IMG/VR virus record: IMGVR_UViG_3300031825_000008
Coordinates: 1-64,000 of that record
Direction: 5' to 3' (one strand)
Length of the DNA: 64,000 nucleotides
Source of the DNA: a virus
A model generated the notes under the pieces. It searched no databases, was not told the origin of the DNA, and saw only the letters and a program-made list of their open reading frames with translations. This document shows positions 43,768-51,599 of this stretch, piece by piece (positions within the stretch are counted from its first letter, which is position 1; each line of letters opens with the position of its first letter). A program made the position numbers and the translations under genes.

Positions 43768-44025
43768 TTACTTGACCCCGTCGATCTGGTTGCAGCGGTC
43801 AAGAATGGCAAGGGCCACCTGCCGCGCCTGAGTAGAAGTCAGGCTGGCCAGCGTCTCGTATTCGGAATTCTCTACCACGATGCGGTCGGCGGGTTCGTAC
43901 ACGGTGGAGTTCTGACGCGTGAACTTCTTCACCCCGACCGACAGGATCGTCGCCCTACCGTTAGGTAGAACAGTCATCTGCTGATAGGGTCCGGAACTTT
44001 TCTTCCAACCAACTCTGCGCGCCAT
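43768..44025 (-). CDS. Hypothetical protein
   Basis: GAGGA RBS; 85 aa. Confidence 0.5.
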   Translation of the reverse strand: MARRVGWKKSSGPYQQMTVLPNGRATILSVGVKKFTRQNSTVYEPADRIVVENSEYETLASLTSTQARQVALAILDRCNQIDGVK

Positions 44026-44148
44026 GTCAAACGTCCTCGAATAAGGTGTGCCGCGACCTGAACCCGGTAGGATGGAGTAACCCCCGGATTAAGACGGTTC
44101 AAGATATCGTAGTCTTGCACCGGTCCAACCCACAGGCCGCAGCACTAT

Positions 44149-44193
44149 GGGGAGACTAGCACGGGAGGCGCGGTGGGGGCAGGGGCGTTGAGG
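44149..44193. repeat. 45-bp intergenic element, copy B
   Basis: Same 17-nt and 19-nt arms as 41616-41660 with a different 9-nt centre. Abuts the stop of the 44195 gene. Confidence 0.85.
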
Positions 44194-44194
44194 G

Positions 44195-44437
44195 TCAATC
44201 GACGGTGCGGATACTAAACTTGTTCCTGTGGCCGTCGTTGTGGATGCCCGAATACTCGCCACCTTCGCCGTCCTTGACCAGTTCGATCTGGCCGCAGGTC
44301 AGGTAATTACGCTGCTGCAAGTGGCGACCGAGTACTCTCCGAACCACGTCCTCGTGGGTGGCCAAGAAGAATTGTTCGTCGGGAACGTTGACGCGCGCCG
44401 GGGCGGCGGTTCCGTATTTGACCTCGAAATCAGCCAT
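44195..44437 (-). CDS. Hypothetical protein
   Basis: CGGAGG RBS; 80 aa. Confidence 0.5.
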   Translation of the reverse strand: MADFEVKYGTAAPARVNVPDEQFFLATHEDVVRRVLGRHLQQRNYLTCGQIELVKDGEGGEYSGIHNDGHRNKFSIRTVD

Positions 44438-44461
44438 GGTGGCCTCCGTGTGTATGTCAAG

Positions 44462-44490
44462 ACTATAGAACAGGGACGCGCGACGGTCCA
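44462..44490 (-). promoter_or_regulatory. Sigma70-type promoter
   Basis: Minus strand reads TGGACC-17 nt-TATAGT. Confidence 0.5.
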
Positions 44491-44496
44491 GTCAGG

Positions 44497-44874
44497 TTAC
44501 GAGGCATCGCCGGTTCCCTTACAATCTGAACACACTGCGCGATTGAAAATTCCAGTGCCTGAACAGGTCTTACACTGGGGAGGAACTGGGGTGGGTCTAG
44601 CTTCTAGATCGAACTCAGCTTGGAGTGGCGGGCGGCGTTTGGCCGGAAGCTGGTGCCGTGGAGTTTGGGGAATAACCACTCCAACTGACGGCTCCTGAGG
44701 CTCAAATATAAGGTCCTCATAACAATGAGTAGCCGTAAACTTCTGCTTGTCCCAATCCACTAGGACTCGAATCTCACCACCTTTACGTACCTTTCCTGAG
44801 ATAGTCCCAAACATGTAGGGGTTACGAACATGTCCGACGCGCTTGCCCACGGTGTAAAACGAACGATCAGTCAC
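44497..44874 (-). CDS. SH3-like N-terminus plus DnaJ-type zinc finger
   Basis: CKTCSGTGIFNRAVCSDCKGTG. GTG start with AAGGAA RBS. Confidence 0.55.
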   Translation of the reverse strand: MTDRSFYTVGKRVGHVRNPYMFGTISGKVRKGGEIRVLVDWDKQKFTATHCYEDLIFEPQEPSVGVVIPQTPRHQLPAKRRPPLQAEFDLEARPTPVPPQCKTCSGTGIFNRAVCSDCKGTGDAS

Positions 44875-44960
44875 TTGCGTTGTTCCTTATAATCAATGAT
44901 TAGGGTATAGTAGCATAAGGGTGTCTCGACTGGTACTACCGTTCATAGTAAATAAACAGC

Positions 44961-44989
44961 TTGTGGTGGGACGCGAGGCGTGCTATAAA
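44961..44989 (+). promoter_or_regulatory. Plus-strand promoter inside a minus-strand block
   Basis: TTGTGG-17 nt-TATAAA, with TGc extended -10. Confidence 0.45.
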
Positions 44990-44995
44990 GGCAGA

Positions 44996-45103
44996 CGGGC
45001 TTTGCCCGCGAGGTCACCGTAAGGTGGCTGCAGGTTCCTTGTCGGGTTTCTCCGCAAGTGGCATCACCGACCACCCGCTCCGGCTGGGTGGTCGTCCTGT
45101 TTT
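44996..45103 (+). ncRNA. Candidate ~110-nt structured small RNA
   Basis: Three short hairpins (CGGGC-TTT-GCCCG, CACC-GTAA-GGTG, CTTG..CAAG), then terminator CGACCACCC-9 nt-GGGTGGTCG plus TCCTGTTTT. No credible ORF. Confidence 0.45.
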
Positions 45104-45267
45104 CGGGGCAGTTCACTCCTCCCCAATTCCCCTACTGAAAATTCTAAGATCAAGCATAGCATCGAGGCCCGCGAGACGGGGCTCGGGACACCGACTCCTT
45201 ATAGATTCTTCCGCTTGAAAGCTCAGCGCGGGGTCGCGGGACGCGCGGCCAGCGACGCGGACCGTAG

Positions 45268-45306
45268 TTTTTTAATTTTTTTTTTTTTTTAAAGAAAGAA
45301 AAAATT
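45268..45306. other. Extreme AT tract (T6-AA-T15, then an A-rich run)
   Basis: TTTTTTAATTTTTTTTTTTTTTTAAAGAAAGAAAAAATT in an otherwise GC-rich genome. Flanked by an 11-bp inverted repeat (45193-45203 and 45306-45316). Confidence 0.9.
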
Positions 45307-45613
45307 ATAAGGAGTCTTTTTTCGAAGCGCCGTCCGGCGGTGCTTGTCGATATCTTGGCTTCACACTCTTCCCAGAGAGTATAAGGAAGAATGTTCAGAG
45401 CGTTAGGTAGTGTTCGTCATTACTAGGTGACGACACGAAGAAGTCGGCGCAACGAAGAGCTAAGTTAAGGGAATTAACAGACCACATATTCTTTTCACGT
45501 TCCACTTGCCTCGTGACGCTTCCCACACCCTACTTAACACTGCGCCTCCAATTCGTGTCACGGTTCCAGTTCCGCGCATCACGTGGCTCGCGTTCCATTT
45601 CTTATGGCAAGTG

Positions 45614-45769
45614 TTACGAGAACAGGTCGCGGATTATTCGACCAATAACGTGGCACACAGCAGAAATAATTAGGAGCATTACAATGGTTACTGGAAGCCA
45701 CGGGGGGACCAACACGAGGAACGCAACGAAGGCCGCGAGTACTACGGCTCCGATCAGGACGTCAAGCAT
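45614..45769 (-). CDS. 51-aa two-TM membrane peptide
   Basis: Translation: MLDVLIGAVVLAAFVAFLVLVPPWLPVTIVMLLIISAVCHVIGRIIRDLFS. GAGG RBS. Confidence 0.45.
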   Translation of the reverse strand: MLDVLIGAVVLAAFVAFLVLVPPWLPVTIVMLLIISAVCHVIGRIIRDLFS

Positions 45770-45986
45770 GCTTCGCCTCGTGTTAAGTGCCCCGCCCAAC
45801 GCGGCCTCGGTGGCGACGAACGACTCACGTAGCACCGGGGGATGGATGGGGCTACACGAGACAGGTGCCACGTCGAGCGGGACGAGTGCAGCGTAGCACG
45901 GGCGGCAGGTCAGGGCGATCGGTGTTGACTGTCAACGCTAGAACTGGAACGAAGAGGCTCTACAGTTCTGGTTCATGACAAGCATG

Positions 45987-46010
45987 GAAAAGGCCGCACG
46001 AAGGCGGCCA
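45987..46010 (-). terminator. Rho-independent terminator
   Basis: Minus strand: GGCCGCC-TTCGT-GCGGCC, then TTTTCC. Confidence 0.6.
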
Positions 46011-46015
46011 GTTCC

Positions 46016-46366
46016 TCAGAGTGGGGTGATGTAGGTAAACACGATCTGTGCATCAGGTTCGCGCTTGTCGTCTTCTATGTTTTCCGACACGACATAAACG
46101 TCGAGCGTTTCCTCATCTTGCCATTCCCAAATGAAGCAAAACGGGCGAAGGTAGCCGTCTTCTTCGACCGTTCCGTTCACTTCGTCGATGGTGGCGCGTA
46201 GCTCGCGCTCCACAGACCGTTTTAGCTTCTCTATGTCGCCCTTACGCTTGGTACGGATCAAATCGACGTGGGCGATGACGACCATGTCGGTGGCCGCATA
46301 GTCACTTATTCCGTCGTCACGAAGGCAATCGGCGTCAGCTTCGCTGAGCCATCGAGCTAACCACAT
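46016..46366 (-). CDS. Hypothetical acidic protein
   Basis: GGGAGAGGA RBS; 116 aa. Confidence 0.55.
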   Translation of the reverse strand: MWLARWLSEADADCLRDDGISDYAATDMVVIAHVDLIRTKRKGDIEKLKRSVERELRATIDEVNGTVEEDGYLRPFCFIWEWQDEETLDVYVVSENIEDDKREPDAQIVFTYITPL

Positions 46367-46377
46367 TGTTCCTCTCC

Positions 46378-46653
46378 CTACAGTTTTCCACTTAGCTGCA
46401 ACGCGACCGTCACGGCTAGGCACGAAGCCATGAGGCTGACGGCCAGCACCCGGTAGAGCAGGAGGGGTGTCATGGCCTCCCCTTCTCTTCGGTTGGTTGC
46501 ACCAGCACGGGCAGTGGGTAGCGGGTAGCGGGGTTCAATGTCGCCACGAAGGTAGGACCGGTTGATCGGGCCGCCTACGTAGCAGCTAGCGAAGCGATAC
46601 CCGTGTTCCTCGTCGCGATTCCAAGCGATGGTGATGCCTTGTTCCTTAGCCAT
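46378..46653 (-). CDS. Hypothetical protein with a C-terminal TM segment
   Basis: GGAG RBS before ATG 46653. A possible internal start has AGGGGAGG before MTPLLLY. Confidence 0.45.
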   Translation of the reverse strand: MAKEQGITIAWNRDEEHGYRFASCYVGGPINRSYLRGDIEPRYPLPTARAGATNRREGEAMTPLLLYRVLAVSLMASCLAVTVALQLSGKL

Positions 46654-46724
46654 GGTCGTCTCCATTCGCGCCACTAGCGGCACGCTGAGGGGGCCAGCCG
46701 AAGCCAGCCCCCCTACGTGTCGCC

Positions 46725-47300
46725 TTAGGCGGCAGCCTTGGCCTTCGGCTCGGGCTTGGCCCAAGCGCTGGCGTCGACGACCTTGGCCTTTTCCCAGTCA
46801 GCGAACTTCTGGGAGCCGATCACGACCGTCTGTTCGTTCTTGACCATGCCACGCAGGCGGTTGCCGACGTTCATGCGCTGCTGGCCGACGTTGAGCTTGG
46901 CGTAGGCGTCGAAGTCGATGCCGTTCGCCTCGGCGATCCGGCGCAGCGCCGCCACGTCGCACGCGTCGCGACCGTCAGCGTTCTTGGTGGTCGTGGCCTT
47001 CTTCAGCGCCAGCGCCATGCGGTCACCGCAGCTATCGCCCGTGCCCGCGTACTTCGCCTTGAACCGGACCGGCACCAGCGATTTCTGCGGGTTGGTCTCG
47101 GTTGCTTCGACCGTGGACGGCTTGTGCGCGGCCTTGACGACCTTGCCAGCCTTCGGGGTCTTGGCGGCCTTCGGCTCCTTGGGCGTCGCAGCGGCCTTGA
47201 CCGTCGCGGGCTTGGCCGCAGGGGCGGCGCGCTTGGTCGCGTCGAGGAACGCCGGGATGCCTTCGCCTTCGGTGGTGGTCGGGGTGGCTTGGGTGTTCAT
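46725..47300 (-). CDS. Member 3 of the GQQRM paralog family, with a Lys/Ala/Pro-rich N-terminus
   Basis: RFKAKYAGTGDSCGDRMALAL...LNVGQQRMNVGNRLRG. TAGGAGA RBS. First gene behind a promoter. Confidence 0.55.
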   Translation of the reverse strand: MNTQATPTTTEGEGIPAFLDATKRAAPAAKPATVKAAATPKEPKAAKTPKAGKVVKAAHKPSTVEATETNPQKSLVPVRFKAKYAGTGDSCGDRMALALKKATTTKNADGRDACDVAALRRIAEANGIDFDAYAKLNVGQQRMNVGNRLRGMVKNEQTVVIGSQKFADWEKAKVVDASAWAKPEPKAKAAA

Positions 47301-47346
47301 CTGTCGTCTCCTATGTTCGGTGCGGCGGGACGCCGACCGTGCAACA

Positions 47347-47375
47347 ACCCTACCACGGCTCGTGCTCCCCGTCTA
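47347..47375 (-). promoter_or_regulatory. Sigma70-type promoter
   Basis: Minus strand reads TAGACG-17 nt-TAGGGT with TGg. Confidence 0.55.
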
Positions 47376-47415
47376 TACACACGACTGCATGGCTACCCTG
47401 CGTCGGACGCATGGA

Positions 47416-47688
47416 TCAGGACTTGACAGGATCGGCGTCCTGTGGTACGCACGCGCGCACGTTCCTTTGTACCGCGCCCCACCGGCCACCATGCGCCTCA
47501 AGGTGGCAAACCCGGCACAGCCACTCCACGTCGTCCAGCCGTTCGTAGGTCCGGTGGTGAATGTGGACGCTTGGCCTCCTGTTACAGTTCTCGCAGATTC
47601 GTCGCCTTGAAATTAGACCGAGATAAACGTAGAGGCGAGTGGCTTCCCTCACTGCCTCCTTCCACTTGCGTTCTGCTTTACTTGCCAT
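47416..47688 (-). CDS. Small HNH-like zinc-finger protein
   Basis: CENCNRR...HIHHRTY...LCRVCHLEAH. Confidence 0.5.
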   Translation of the reverse strand: MASKAERKWKEAVREATRLYVYLGLISRRRICENCNRRPSVHIHHRTYERLDDVEWLCRVCHLEAHGGRWGAVQRNVRACVPQDADPVKS

Positions 47689-47803
47689 AAGCCGAGCTTA
47701 TCATGGCTCTGATCTGTGGTCTGCGCTTATTGACCATAAACGTTGGAAATAGAACGCTAGTTGTAACTGGAGAGACACGTGGCTCATGAGTAACAATGCA
47801 AGG

Positions 47804-47875
47804 CAGCAACACTGTGGCAAGGAGAACACACTACGCTTCCAGTTCCACCTGTTACTGAACAGCAACACTGTGGCA
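47804..47875. repeat. Two 16-bp direct repeats (47804-47819 and 47860-47875)
   Basis: CAGCAACACTGTGGCA twice, 56 bp apart, in the divergent non-coding region. Confidence 0.85.
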
Positions 47876-47921
47876 GAACTGCAACAATAAACGAGACTTA
47901 TGAACCATAACGGGCGGGGAA

Positions 47922-48083
47922 GGGTCCCCCGAACCGGGACGGAAACCCCTTCGGCGGGTCCTTTCTGGGTCCCATCGGGTCCCGGTCGGGTGAAACTCTC
48001 GCGCGGGGCGAATTTTGGGTCCCTTCTATTCCTACTTGTCACAAAACGCCTCTCGTCGGGTCCCTCTCCCCGTGCTAGGGTCC
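47922..48083. promoter_or_regulatory. Phased array of seven GGGTCC motifs ending on the plus-module promoter
   Basis: Motif starts: 47922, 47956, 47967, 47977, 48017, 48058, 48078. The last overlaps a TGc-TAGGGT -10 at 48075-48080. Confidence 0.6.
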
Positions 48084-48104
48084 TCCTGATATAGGGAGCG
48101 ACTC

Positions 48105-48260
48105 ATGGGCTATGTGCTAATCACCCCCGGTTTCGTATATGGCCCCTTCCTGTCGGAGGAAGGAGCGAAGTGGTACGCCGAATATCGGGGGTTCAGGAAA
48201 TCCGACTGCAATATCAGGAAGCTTTATCAGGCCCCCGATTTCAGCAAAGGTGCAAAGTAA
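48105..48260 (+). CDS. Hypothetical 51-aa protein
   Basis: GGGAG RBS. Translation begins MGYVLITPGFVYGPFLSEEGAKWYAEYRGF... Confidence 0.45.
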   Translation: MGYVLITPGFVYGPFLSEEGAKWYAEYRGFRKSDCNIRKLYQAPDFSKGAK

Positions 48261-48757
48261 TGGTTCCCGCCGAAGCCAAGATGCTCAAGCCCGGTGACAA
48301 AGTTCATCACCGTGGCATGCCCGCCGTGACCGGAACGGTCGTACGTGTTGAGGGTCCCTTCTTTGTTCAGGTCCCCGATTGGGTCCAGAAGTGTGGCCGT
48401 TTCAAGATTTACTGGAAAGGGTGGAACGACGACCGTGACCGCGTCGATTACACTTGGGACTACCTGATGGAGAAGGGCCACGTGCCCCAGCAACACTCCA
48501 CCAAGCGCACTGTCGTCAAGGACGAACCCACCGTGTCTCCCGAATACATCGCCAACAATTATGGGCGCTGCCGCCGCGTTAACTGTCTCTGTCTCGAACC
48601 CGCCAACGGCGGTTGGAAAGGGACCAAGTGTCCCGCGTGGGTCCCTGTTCAAGCCCGCAATCTGAAGGACCTCGAGAAGGAACTGGCGGACGATTTCGTC
48701 GGTACGATCACCGTCAGCCGAGTAGTCAAGGACGGGGCCAGTGCCGGAAAGCCGTGA
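48260..48757 (+). CDS. SH3-like N-terminus plus Cys-rich C-terminal protein
   Basis: TAATG coupling; LKPGDKVHHRG...GTVVRVE; CRRVNCLCLEP...KCPAW. Confidence 0.5.
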   Translation: MVPAEAKMLKPGDKVHHRGMPAVTGTVVRVEGPFFVQVPDWVQKCGRFKIYWKGWNDDRDRVDYTWDYLMEKGHVPQQHSTKRTVVKDEPTVSPEYIANNYGRCRRVNCLCLEPANGGWKGTKCPAWVPVQARNLKDLEKELADDFVGTITVSRVVKDGASAGKP

Positions 48758-48923
48758 ACATTGGCCGCGCGCCCAGACCTGTCTGATCGGGTACTGCCCT
48801 GAGAAGGGACCCGAATGTTGGAGGTGTGATCGCGTCTGCGAAATTCTCGAGGCCGCCGACAAGCGCGAAGAGGAATTCAGCAAGCGCCGCCGCCCCGGAA
48901 TTCCGTTGCTGGCGCGTGATTGA
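48741..48923 (+). CDS. Small Cys-rich (zinc-ribbon-like) protein
   Basis: GTG start; CLIGYCPEKGPECWRC; coding-like GC3. Confidence 0.35.
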   Translation: MPESREHWPRAQTCLIGYCPEKGPECWRCDRVCEILEAADKREEEFSKRRRPGIPLLARD

Positions 48924-48984
48924 CCGGCAACCCACATATCGCGCTCCGCACCACCCGTGTTGTGATCGTCGCTAGAGGTCAGCC

Positions 48985-49551
48985 ATGCATCCATATGAAA
49001 TTCACGTCACCATTCACAACAACGACCGCCCCCTTCTGGAAGAGAAGGCCATCATGGGCAAGCTTCCGGAAGGTCTCAAAATCCTTCGGATCGAAAATTA
49101 CAACATCACCGGCAACTCTTACCCGGAGACGGTGACGAAGCATGTGGAGCGCGGCGAAGACGCGTTCGCGGTGATCCTCAAGGCGAACAAGTTTAAGGAA
49201 CAAGTCAGGGACTGGGCGATTCGTGTCAAGCGCGTCAAGGTCGAGGTCCCACCTTATCACCCGTGGGTGGCCGAGAAGCGCGGTCTATATTTCGAGGCCC
49301 ACATGCGAAGCGGCAGCATCCTAATGGGTGACGCCCGCGAACTGGGAATGTTCGCCTCCGTCCTTCGCGGCAAGACGGGCGCGTATTACACCATGCGCGA
49401 GCGTGACGACACTTTCGAGGACTTCAACGAGCGGCTGCAACTGCGCCTCAAGCATCTGGCGAACCGGGGCCAAGTGCCCGAGCGGTCCCCTGAAGTCGAA
49501 TACTGCATCTATGACGACAACGAGCAACTAGATAACATGTGGATGAAATGA
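48985..49551 (+). CDS. Hypothetical protein
   Basis: 188 aa. A single HxT motif (EIHVTIH) near the N-terminus. No family is assigned. Confidence 0.5.
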   Translation: MHPYEIHVTIHNNDRPLLEEKAIMGKLPEGLKILRIENYNITGNSYPETVTKHVERGEDAFAVILKANKFKEQVRDWAIRVKRVKVEVPPYHPWVAEKRGLYFEAHMRSGSILMGDARELGMFASVLRGKTGAYYTMRERDDTFEDFNERLQLRLKHLANRGQVPERSPEVEYCIYDDNEQLDNMWMK

Positions 49552-49958
49552 TCACCTCTTTTCGCGGCGTGTACCGCTTCTTGTCGAATTTTTACCCGGC
49601 ACCAGTGTTGCTGGATTATCACGTGTACCCAACCGTGGAGCACGCCTATCAGGCGGCGAAGTCACTCGACCCAGATTACCGAGTATTGGTGCAATATGCC
49701 GATACCCCCGGTGATGCTAAGCGTATGGGGCGGCGAGCCGTTCTCCGTTCGGACTGGGACATGGTCAAGTTGGAAGTGATGGAGCGTCTGGTTCGAGAGA
49801 AGTTTAGATGGCCTGAATTTAGCAAAAGGCTAAAAGCTACGGGCGACGAGGAACTGATAGAAGACAACACATGGGGTGACACGTATTGGGGCGTGAGTGG
49901 CGGTAAAGGCGAGAATCATCTAGGCAAAATTCTAATGAAGGTGCGAAGCGAACTATGA
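49548..49958 (+). CDS. NADAR (YbiA/DUF1768) domain protein
   Basis: FRGVYRFLSNFYP...YPTVEHAYQAAK...WGDTYWG. ATGA coupling. Confidence 0.8.
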   Translation: MITSFRGVYRFLSNFYPAPVLLDYHVYPTVEHAYQAAKSLDPDYRVLVQYADTPGDAKRMGRRAVLRSDWDMVKLEVMERLVREKFRWPEFSKRLKATGDEELIEDNTWGDTYWGVSGGKGENHLGKILMKVRSEL

Positions 49959-50248
49959 CCTACATCAAAGGTATTCCTCACCATAAGCCTTTCCGCAAAG
50001 TGTCCCTAGACATGGACGACGAATTCCGGTGGGGCGCGCACAAGAATCGCACCGTCCGTTGGGTGCTGGCGAACCACCCCAGCTACATCGAGTGGCTGAC
50101 CAAACTGGGTGCTACTGCCGGAATCCGTTTCACTCCCGCCGTTCTCGCCCAGTTCGAACTGGAGCGCAACAAGCCCACCTACAACCCCGACCTTAAGCCC
50201 TACGACGTTTACAAGGAACGTTGGGGCATGTCGTTTGTGCCCAAATAG
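49955..50248 (+). CDS. Hypothetical protein (DUF3820-like segment by eye)
   Basis: WGAHKNRTVRWVLANHPSYIEWL. ATGA coupling. Confidence 0.45.
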   Translation: MTYIKGIPHHKPFRKVSLDMDDEFRWGAHKNRTVRWVLANHPSYIEWLTKLGATAGIRFTPAVLAQFELERNKPTYNPDLKPYDVYKERWGMSFVPK

Positions 50249-50303
50249 ACCTACCCGCGACCGGCACCCCGCGCTATGGTAGGCCCGACATAGGAGACGA
50301 GGG

Positions 50304-50768
50304 ATGGCCCTTATTACCAAAGGTTCGTGGACGCGCCCCAGTGACGGCAAAGTGTTTCGCATCGGCCAGCGCGTGCGGGGGTGGAGTTCTCTTGGCAGCA
50401 TCGGCAAGACCAAGGAAGGGTACACCGGCACGGTCGTCCATTTCGACCCTGACTGGTCGGTCAGTCATGGGGCGATAGTACAGTTGAGACTATTCGGGCT
50501 GAACCCCTATGGCTATCCAGAGGGTCGGTTGGTATCCGTGTGGTGCAAGGGATTGGAGCCGCTAGCCGCCCCTCTCACCATTGATTCCCGCCTCACCTGT
50601 CGCGACCCTTCCATCAAGGTCCTCTCCGTTAGCGCGACAGGCGACAAGGACCGCCCAATCGGCGCGACCGTGCGCGTCCAAGGCCGCGAGTTGGCTCTAA
50701 CCTACCCGGAGCACGGGCAGTTCTATGAGGGCTTCGAGCAGGCCATCGACCTCATAGGTGCGCAATGA
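50304..50768 (+). CDS. Tandem paralog 1 of 8
   Basis: TAGGAGA RBS; FRIGQRVRGW; C-terminal ...GRELALTYPEHGQFYEGFEQAIDLIGAQ. Confidence 0.6.
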   Translation: MALITKGSWTRPSDGKVFRIGQRVRGWSSLGSIGKTKEGYTGTVVHFDPDWSVSHGAIVQLRLFGLNPYGYPEGRLVSVWCKGLEPLAAPLTIDSRLTCRDPSIKVLSVSATGDKDRPIGATVRVQGRELALTYPEHGQFYEGFEQAIDLIGAQ

Positions 50769-51190
50769 CCGAGCGAAGGTTCAAGCCCGGCGACCGCGTC
50801 ATCATGAAGAGGCCCGGAAGTTTTGCTTCCCATATACCGAATCTGCAAGACGCCATTGCTGTCATCCAGAAACAGATAGATGGGACGGTGTGGTTCAAAT
50901 TTGTGGACCCTAAAGCGGCTGCGGCGTGGAAGAGAGAGTATCCACAAGACACCGCCAACAACTGCTACGCCCACCGGTTCGACTTGTTATCGGTTGACAT
51001 TAGGATCGACACCGTCCGCACCACCCGTTCGGGACTCGCCGTCTCCAACGTCGCCCGTGACGGCGACCTGATCCGCGCGGACGTTGCGGTCGACGGGCGA
51101 ACCATGACTCTGCGCTACGACCTGTCGGGGTCGTTTTATCCGGGCCACGAGTGTCCAATCGACCTGATCGGGGAGACTGCAAATGTTTAA
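50765..51190 (+). CDS. Tandem paralog 2 of 8
   Basis: ATGA coupling; FKPGDRVIM; ...GRTMTLRYDLSGSFYPGHECPIDLIGETANV. Confidence 0.6.
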   Translation: MTERRFKPGDRVIMKRPGSFASHIPNLQDAIAVIQKQIDGTVWFKFVDPKAAAAWKREYPQDTANNCYAHRFDLLSVDIRIDTVRTTRSGLAVSNVARDGDLIRADVAVDGRTMTLRYDLSGSFYPGHECPIDLIGETANV

Positions 51191-51599
51191 GATGCCACAA
51201 GTGGGCGACCACATTGAATTAGTTGATCCGGGCGTGGGTACGTCTTACGTCAGTTTCAAAGGACAACGCGCCGTGGTGGAGAGGATAAAGGAGCCCGGCC
51301 ACAAGGACACGGCCATTGTCGAGCCCAAGTTTGACGACCCGGCGGTGAACGACAGGTGGTGGAGAAGCGTGCAGGGGGGTTGTTATGCCCGGCGTTGGAA
51401 AGTTATTGACGAGTCCTTCAAGGACGTCTCCCGTCTCGTGACCCGCAACGGGTATAAAATCCTCGCCATTCACCGGCACCCGGACTGTATCGAGGCGACG
51501 ATCAAGTTGCGCAACCGGGAACTGACGCTCCATTACGGACTGACGGGCCGGTTCTACAAGGGCATGGAGTGCCCGGTCGACCTCGTGGAGGCAAAATGA
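51183..51599 (+). CDS. Tandem paralog 3 of 8
   Basis: 8-nt overlap; PQVGDHIELV; ...NRELTLHYGLTGRFYKGMECPVDLVEAK. Confidence 0.6.
   Translation: MFKMPQVGDHIELVDPGVGTSYVSFKGQRAVVERIKEPGHKDTAIVEPKFDDPAVNDRWWRSVQGGCYARRWKVIDESFKDVSRLVTRNGYKILAIHRHPDCIEATIKLRNRELTLHYGLTGRFYKGMECPVDLVEAK

Noticed and set aside
44961-45896. ORFs 44961-45218 (+), 45513-45896 (+) and the long form of 45614-45871 (-) as protein genes
   Set aside because: They have no RBS and implausible Arg/Pro/Ser-rich translations, and they lie across hairpins, the AT tract and repeats. Only the C-terminal 51-aa membrane peptide (45614-45769) has an RBS and sensible composition.
47804-47875. Mini CRISPR array
   Set aside because: There are only two repeats of 16 bp, no cas genes, and the repeat is too short. 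A regulatory direct repeat fits better.
47701-48042. 113-aa minus-strand ORF in the divergent region
   Set aside because: The translation is low-complexity and Cys/Leu/Ser-rich, with no RBS. The region is better explained by repeat motifs and promoters.
48985-49551. 2H phosphoesterase (LigT/Acb1-like) assignment
   Set aside because: Only one H-x-T motif (HVTI) is present, at an atypically N-terminal position. The second candidate reads HMRS. This is insufficient without a profile search.
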